Shown one piece after another: positions 58,628 through 64,000 of a stretch of 64,000 bases of DNA (positions within the stretch are counted from its first letter, which is position 1; every line of letters begins with the position of its first letter). Source of the DNA: Myxococcota bacterium (lineage in GTDB: Bacteria; Myxococcota_A; Polyangia; HGW-17); assembly GCA_018821305.1 (NCBI GenBank), contig JAHJMN010000021.1, positions 17,451 to 81,450 on the forward strand. The letters are read 5' to 3'. Under the pieces are notes generated by a model. It saw nothing but the letters and a program-made list of their open reading frames with translations. It searched no databases and had not been told where the DNA came from. A program made the position numbers and the translations under genes.

Positions 58628-60232
58628 CTATTTTGTCTTAAATACTTCATCACGACAGGTATTTCCTGTGCACTTTATTTTAACAAGACCGATATCCGTT
58701 GCAAGGAAAACATTTGAGTTTTTTGTTATATGAATATCATTAATGTTTTCCGCATCCGTCAGGTACATCTCTGTCTTGCTTCTGTTTTTATCGAGAAAAT
58801 AAACAACGGGGCCCGATGTGGCAAACCACAATCGTCCTGTCCGTGGATCTTTCCCCACAACCCTGGTTTTCGGTGGTGCATGGGGTGCCTTTTTGAAAAT
58901 ATTCTGTTTTGCATCCAGCCGATAAAGATCCATCCATGTGGTTACAAAAATATCGTCTCCGGGGAGAATGAAAAAATTGAAAAATGAATATACTCTCGAA
59001 TCTCCAAGGCCTCGTCTGTTTGAAGAGCAACCAAAACACGTAGTATTGCCATTTGCTTCCTCTAAAGTCAGAGAGTTAAGAGAAAGCCGCCAGAGACCCA
59101 GGGCATTTTTAATAATCCGACGGATTTTGGAATCTTCCATTTCACGTATTTCTACAAAAAGATTTTTCTTTTCATAAAATTCCCATCTTCTCTTTGCGGC
59201 AAAGAGGAAGAATTTACCTGCGGTATCCTCATAAAAACCGCAATTGTCACCATAAGACCTTTTGTTATTAAGCTCGTTGAATGTACGGCATCTTTTGACC
59301 CCGCGCCAGACCACACAGTGTCTCTTGTTGGTGGCAATTTCCTTCATGGAAAGGGTTTTCCACTTTCCGTTATAGACTTCCACCCGACCAAGGCGATAAA
59401 TATACAGGGCATTTTTCCGGACAAAACCGGAGCGGATGAGGTTTTTTGAAAATTTACGGGGTTTGCCGGAAGGAGGTCTGATGACCACGCCAGCTTCGGT
59501 AATCAGAGCAAGCTCACTACCGTAAGGAATGATTGCTTTTACATTGTTCCACTTTTTATAAGGATCATATTTTTTAAATTCTGGACAGTACTTGCGATAC
59601 AGGTGGATATACCTCATCATTTCTATGACGGCGGCATTTTTCATGTTTCTTTTGGATGAGGGAATGAGAATCATAAGTTTCTGTACCGGCCTGTAGACAC
59701 CGCAAAAGTCGCGACTCATTACCTTCTGCCCTTCAATGAGAGCAGCTATAAGACCCACGGCAAAATCGTTCGGTGCTTTCTTTACTGCTTCTTTTGCAAC
59801 TGCATCGGGGGTCATCCCTGAAATTCCAACGGCCTTTGGATTGATTGCACTTAATTTCTGATAATCCATCACAGCGCTCATCCAGGCATAAATCGCAAGA
59901 TCCTCAGCGGAAAGTATATCCACGGTTAATCCTTTTATTTCCACAGGAAACTTGATGATCAAAGCTGCGATAAGAGCCCGTGTATTTCTTTTCCCATGCC
60001 GATTATTCCAGCCGAGCTTTGTAATAAAGGCTATCTTCTTTTCCAGTGGAATACGTGAAAACAAAAGCCACTTAGCTTGCTGAGAGTTAATGAGAGTCCG
60101 ATTTCCCACTACAACAATTTCCGGATCATTGTAATGACGGTGAAATTCGATGGATGTGAGGGGAGAATCAGCTCTGGCGGGAGTTGAGAATATAATGATG
60201 GTGGAAACGACAAAACAAAATGCAAACTTCAT
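58628..60232 (-). CDS. Secreted hypothetical protein (helical N-domain, propeller-like C-domain)
   Basis: Signal peptide ARA-D; LWFAT and VFLATDIGL propeller-like strands. Confidence 0.65.
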   Translation of the reverse strand: MKFAFCFVVSTIIIFSTPARADSPLTSIEFHRHYNDPEIVVVGNRTLINSQQAKWLLFSRIPLEKKIAFITKLGWNNRHGKRNTRALIAALIIKFPVEIKGLTVDILSAEDLAIYAWMSAVMDYQKLSAINPKAVGISGMTPDAVAKEAVKKAPNDFAVGLIAALIEGQKVMSRDFCGVYRPVQKLMILIPSSKRNMKNAAVIEMMRYIHLYRKYCPEFKKYDPYKKWNNVKAIIPYGSELALITEAGVVIRPPSGKPRKFSKNLIRSGFVRKNALYIYRLGRVEVYNGKWKTLSMKEIATNKRHCVVWRGVKRCRTFNELNNKRSYGDNCGFYEDTAGKFFLFAAKRRWEFYEKKNLFVEIREMEDSKIRRIIKNALGLWRLSLNSLTLEEANGNTTCFGCSSNRRGLGDSRVYSFFNFFILPGDDIFVTTWMDLYRLDAKQNIFKKAPHAPPKTRVVGKDPRTGRLWFATSGPVVYFLDKNRSKTEMYLTDAENINDIHITKNSNVFLATDIGLVKIKCTGNTCRDEVFKTK

Positions 60233-60487
60233 TGATACAACCCTTTAAAAATGTGACTGCTGGTCATTTTTTATCTTATTTCATTAATCTCCTGAAATAC
60301 AGTTTTTTCGATTTTCCCACAGCTTTTTGCTTAACTTTCGTTGATCAGAATTATGGTGGTATTTGAAATGCTTTCTTCGCGATGCGCAATAAATGTGTGA
60401 ATTTTTTTTCACTCCCATTTTTTTTTCTTTCTGATAGTTACTATAATCCGACAGTGCATAAAGCACAATTAACTCAAGGAGGAACTT

Positions 60488-60997
60488 ATGTTTAAAAAAA
60501 TCTTTATTACTTGCGCAATAGCAGTACCTTTCTTCTTAGTAGGTTGCGACGATGATTCAACTAGAAATAGTTGCCAGAAACTGGGGGACAAAGCTGATTC
60601 ATGTGGATTACTTTCAGAAGGAATATACGACTGCAGTGATTTCGTAGAAAATGCTCAGACAAAATGTGAAATGAACTGTCTGAGTTCATTGACTTGCACT
60701 GAAATTGAAAACGCATTCTGTGATTGGAATTTTACTCAAGACTTTCAAAATTGCGTAGCCTCATGTCCGGAGGTTACCTGGGAATGTACAGATGGAGAAG
60801 AAGTAGGTTACGATGACCGATGTGATGGTTATGTAGACTGTGAAGATGGCTCTGACGAAGTTGGCTGTCCAGTGTTTTCTTGCGATAGCGGAGAAACAAT
60901 TGATGCAAATTTCGAATGTGATGGCGAAGATGATTGCTCTGATGGATCCGACGAAGTTGGCTGTCCAGATGTTGCTCAACTAATTTGCTCAGAATAA
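60488..60997 (+). CDS. Cys-rich lipoprotein with two LDL-receptor class A repeats
   Basis: Lipobox LVGC, AGGAGG RBS; two CDG..DC.DGSDEVGC motifs. Confidence 0.85.
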   Translation: MFKKIFITCAIAVPFFLVGCDDDSTRNSCQKLGDKADSCGLLSEGIYDCSDFVENAQTKCEMNCLSSLTCTEIENAFCDWNFTQDFQNCVASCPEVTWECTDGEEVGYDDRCDGYVDCEDGSDEVGCPVFSCDSGETIDANFECDGEDDCSDGSDEVGCPDVAQLICSE

Positions 60998-61192
60998 TAG
61001 CAATTGCCCTATCCTGATCTTCTCCGTTTTTATAATTCACTTCTCTCGTTATTTTTTCTCCTTTAAAATTATTCATTGCTTTTCCAAAGGGAGTAAAAGT
61101 GACTCTCTGGCATTACGCAATAATAAATCCGGTGTGTTTTTTTTCCGCTGTGGTAAAAGGGCTCCGGCGTCCTGCCATGCACTGGATACTTC

Positions 61193-62407
61193 ATGTTTCA
61201 ACTTACGTCTTCAGAAAAAAAACTGTTTCTTTTCAACCTTCTGATTTTCTTTCTAAACGGCCTGGCTTTCGGTGTTTTCATGAACTCCGATGTTATTGCG
61301 CGCCGGGTTTTAGGAGCATCGACTTTTACCGTCACGTTCATGCTTTTTCTCACTAACGGCGTTTTAATCACTTCCCTGCCCATGGTAAGTCTTATGGGGC
61401 GTGGACGCCGTCGTTTAAAATTTCTTATTCGGGCTGCGATGGTCTGCTCTATCCCTGTCATGATGCTTTATTTTCATGAAAGCATTGCTTTTTTCGTGTT
61501 TGCAGTTTTTCTCGTATACATTCTTAATACAATTCTGCCTCCGGCTTTGAACCTGCTTTTCAAGCGCAATTATCGACGGGAAGTTACGGGAAAACTTTAC
61601 GGTGTAGCCACTTCACTTAGAATGATTGCTACCATGACCGGGGCCTTGATTACAGGCAAACTCCTCGATATATCCGAGGCTTACCATATTCCGCTTTTTG
61701 CCGCTGCTGGGTTCATGACCATGGGAAGCGTAATTATTACGGCTTTTCTGAATTACGGGGAAACTGAGGAGGAGAAGGCCGACAACTCCCATGTTTCCAT
61801 CAGACAGTCGTTAAAAAACATGAACCGTATCATAGCTGAGGATCGTGTATTTTACCGTTTTGAGCGTAACTACATTATATATGGCCTTGCATTTCTGCTC
61901 TTACTTCCAGTCATCCCAGTTTATTTCGTTGATGCCCTCAAACTTGATTACACAACAATTTCGACATCCCGTCAGGTGGTTGGTCTTGCGGGACTCATGC
62001 TTCTTTCCCCCATTGCTGGATACATTTTCGACCGTTACAACACATTTCATTTTACAGGATTAATGTTTCTGATTCTCACCATGTACCCGCTTTTCCTGGG
62101 TATTTCGGGATTTGTCCCCGGGGATTTAAAAGTTTATATGGTTTATGCCGGCTATGCCATTTATTCCATAGCCATGACGGGAATCCAAATTTCCTGGAAT
62201 ATCGGAACCATAAGGCTTGCCACACTAGCTGACTCGGATATTTATCAAGGGATTCATATTACACTGACGGGTTTGCGAAGTCTTTTTGGTCCCCTGCTGG
62301 GGTTTTTACTCATGAAGTTTTTCGGGTATCAGGCGGCATTTGCTACGGCCTTCGGTTTGTTTTTAACGGCGGGCATTCTGATGCTCCGGGAAAAAGAAGG
62401 TTCGTGA
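61193..62407 (+). CDS. MFS transporter
   Basis: About 12 TM segments; GKLLD and GYIFDRY loop motifs; FGPLLG. Confidence 0.85.
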   Translation: MFQLTSSEKKLFLFNLLIFFLNGLAFGVFMNSDVIARRVLGASTFTVTFMLFLTNGVLITSLPMVSLMGRGRRRLKFLIRAAMVCSIPVMMLYFHESIAFFVFAVFLVYILNTILPPALNLLFKRNYRREVTGKLYGVATSLRMIATMTGALITGKLLDISEAYHIPLFAAAGFMTMGSVIITAFLNYGETEEEKADNSHVSIRQSLKNMNRIIAEDRVFYRFERNYIIYGLAFLLLLPVIPVYFVDALKLDYTTISTSRQVVGLAGLMLLSPIAGYIFDRYNTFHFTGLMFLILTMYPLFLGISGFVPGDLKVYMVYAGYAIYSIAMTGIQISWNIGTIRLATLADSDIYQGIHITLTGLRSLFGPLLGFLLMKFFGYQAAFATAFGLFLTAGILMLREKEGS

Positions 62408-62459
62408 AACGTTTTTTCAGTTGCCAGATGACGGTTTTCGAGTATTATCTTTTTTCGCT

Positions 62460-62532
62460 GCGGGATTAACTCAGTTGGTAGAGTGTCAGCTTCCCAAGCT
62501 GGATGTCGCGGGTTCGAATCCCGTATCCCGCT
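62460..62532 (+). tRNA. tRNA-Gly (anticodon CCC), 3' CCA not encoded
   Basis: Acceptor stem GCGGGAT/ATCCCGC, D loop AGTTGGTA, anticodon arm CAGCT-TCCCA-AGCTG, T loop GTTCGAATC; TTGCCA and TATTAT promoter-like hexamers upstream. Confidence 0.95.
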
Positions 62533-62604
62533 CTAAAAATATACAAAGTATAACTTCTTTTGCGAAGCAAATATGCAGAGCCTGCTCCCCTGTTTCCAGT
62601 TGGA

Positions 62605-63420
62605 TTATTTCTTGTCCCCGTAGATTTCCGAGGTTTTGCGGAAGGATGCCAGAATTCCCTGAATCATCGCACTGGAAAAACCCTGATGTTCCATAACGTT
62701 GAGCCCTGTAATAGTACTTCCCCGGGGAGTGGTAACCTTATCAATTTCCGTTTCCGGGTGGTTGTCACTGGATGTGAGTAAAGCGGCAGCTCCTTTTGCC
62801 ACCTGCGCTGCAATGGGAATAGCCTGCTCCGGATGAAACCCGATTTCGATACCACCCTGAGAAGCCGCCCGGATGGCCCGCAGGAAAAAGGCTGTCCCAC
62901 AAGCACAGAGCACTGTTGCAGGAACCATCATGGGCTCCGGAAGAATTATGGTTTCTCCGATGAACCCGAAAAGCTCCAGGGCATCATCCACTGCTACGGT
63001 CGGGGCATGATCGTGAGCAATACAGGTCATACTCTCACATATAGCACTTGCGGTATTGGGCATGATGCGTACAACAGGAACATCGCAGGCAAGTCTTTCA
63101 CAAATAGTGGCGCAACTGACACCGGAAACAACGGAAAATATCGTATGTTTCTCAGGCTTTATGTGCTCTCTGATTTGCTCAAGAAAATCGTTCATCTGCT
63201 GGGGTGTAACAGCAATAATAATGATATCAGCCCACGAAACTCCGCTGGCGTTATCGTTTGATACGAAAAACCCCATCTTAGTAAGCCTGTTTATAGTGTT
63301 TTCACTTCTGGCGGTAAGTTTGAGATTCTCTTCTTTGATCATACCGCTTTTGCGAAAGCCTTTTGCCATGGCGGTTCCAATGTTTCCACAACCTGCAATT
63401 AATATCTTTTTTCCGTTCAT
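62605..63420 (-). CDS. proC: Pyrroline-5-carboxylate reductase
   Basis: IAGCGNIG, AVTPQ, RIMPNT and VTTPRGSTITG; start reassigned to 63420. Confidence 0.95.
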   Translation of the reverse strand: MNGKKILIAGCGNIGTAMAKGFRKSGMIKEENLKLTARSENTINRLTKMGFFVSNDNASGVSWADIIIIAVTPQQMNDFLEQIREHIKPEKHTIFSVVSGVSCATICERLACDVPVVRIMPNTASAICESMTCIAHDHAPTVAVDDALELFGFIGETIILPEPMMVPATVLCACGTAFFLRAIRAASQGGIEIGFHPEQAIPIAAQVAKGAAALLTSSDNHPETEIDKVTTPRGSTITGLNVMEHQGFSSAMIQGILASFRKTSEIYGDKK

Positions 63421-63596
63421 TTGGTCCTCACTTTTGCGCGCCCTTGTACCACAAAAATCAACGGGGAGAAAGAAGGAAGCGAAAAAAGCATCTGTAACCA
63501 TTTTTTCATTTTATACTCATTCTTAATTCAAAAATCCCCGGTATCTAGTGTCTCCGAAAGGGGAAGAAAACCTTCCCCGAATAAAGGAGGATTATA

Positions 63597-63851
63597 ATGG
63601 CAATTCATGTATCCAGTTTACCATCAGACAGCAAGCTTCAGTCTCTGGCGGATGCCTCGGGATGGATTCCGGAAAAGGGCGAACTGCCGCACTATTTTCA
63701 GTACAGAAATATGGAATGGGAACGGTATTCCGAAGAACGGGAAAAACTTCTGAGCTGGTTCACATACGTTTCTCTGTGCGAAATTTCCGTAAGTTATGCA
63801 AAAAAAGACCGCCAGCTGTTAACTGAAAGCGTTCAAGCCCACGTTGTTTAA
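63597..63851 (+). CDS. Small hypothetical protein
   Basis: Strong AAGGAGG RBS, preceded by a GGGGAAG-AAAAC-CTTCCCC hairpin; no recognisable family. Confidence 0.5.
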   Translation: MAIHVSSLPSDSKLQSLADASGWIPEKGELPHYFQYRNMEWERYSEEREKLLSWFTYVSLCEISVSYAKKDRQLLTESVQAHVV

Positions 63852-64000
63852 GGGACCCCCTCCCTTTCCAATCCGTTGAATTCCGATTTTACTGTTGAAA
63901 ATATTTTTTAGAGTTCTAAAGTGTCTTTTGTTTATACAGAAAGATCTTTGCCGTGTTTAAATCCATTCTTATTTCATTAGTATTTTCAGTAATTTCTTTT

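Noticed and set aside
62460..62535. tRNA-Gly as an integration site, or as a pseudogene because CCA is missing
   Set aside because: No duplicated 3' end or integrase is visible; the cloverleaf is intact and CCA can be added post-transcriptionally.
27..63826. Numerous short antisense or alternate-frame ORFs in the ORF track
   Set aside because: They overlap well-supported genes or the tRNA and show shadow-ORF composition (Ser/Phe/Ile-rich mirrors of acidic proteins).

Overview
AT-rich bacterial chromosomal segment (about 38-40% GC by eye) with a Myxococcota/deltaproteobacterial-type gene set. Left to right: the rpmH-rnpA-yidD/yidC-mnmE cluster, with yidD fused in frame to yidC and no adjacent dnaA. 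Next is a divergent mglC-sgmX polarity pair leading into a type IV pilus-class chemosensory operon (REC-PATAN/DUF4388, CheY, CheW, short MCP, CheA). The CheA ORF runs without a stop into an RdgB/ITPase domain. A probable divergent protein kinase, an FHA-DUF4388 protein and a PHP phosphatase follow, then envelope and lipid genes, a beta-propeller/AraC sensor beside two lipoproteins, tsaP-like/cpoB, sfsA, kbl and trmL. A sigma-54-type flagellar operon fragment (fliG-H-I-J-motE-fliK-flgD-flgE) has a very large repeat-containing FliK. The right end holds lipoproteins with EGF, CAP and LDL-A repeats, an MFS transporter, tRNA-Gly(CCC) and proC. Intergenic space is occupied by two families of TA-ended, highly structured MITE-like repeats. 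One family shows compensatory base changes, and both repeatedly share their terminal bases with the TAG stop codon of the neighbouring gene. All protein calls come from motif recognition and gene context; no database searches were run.
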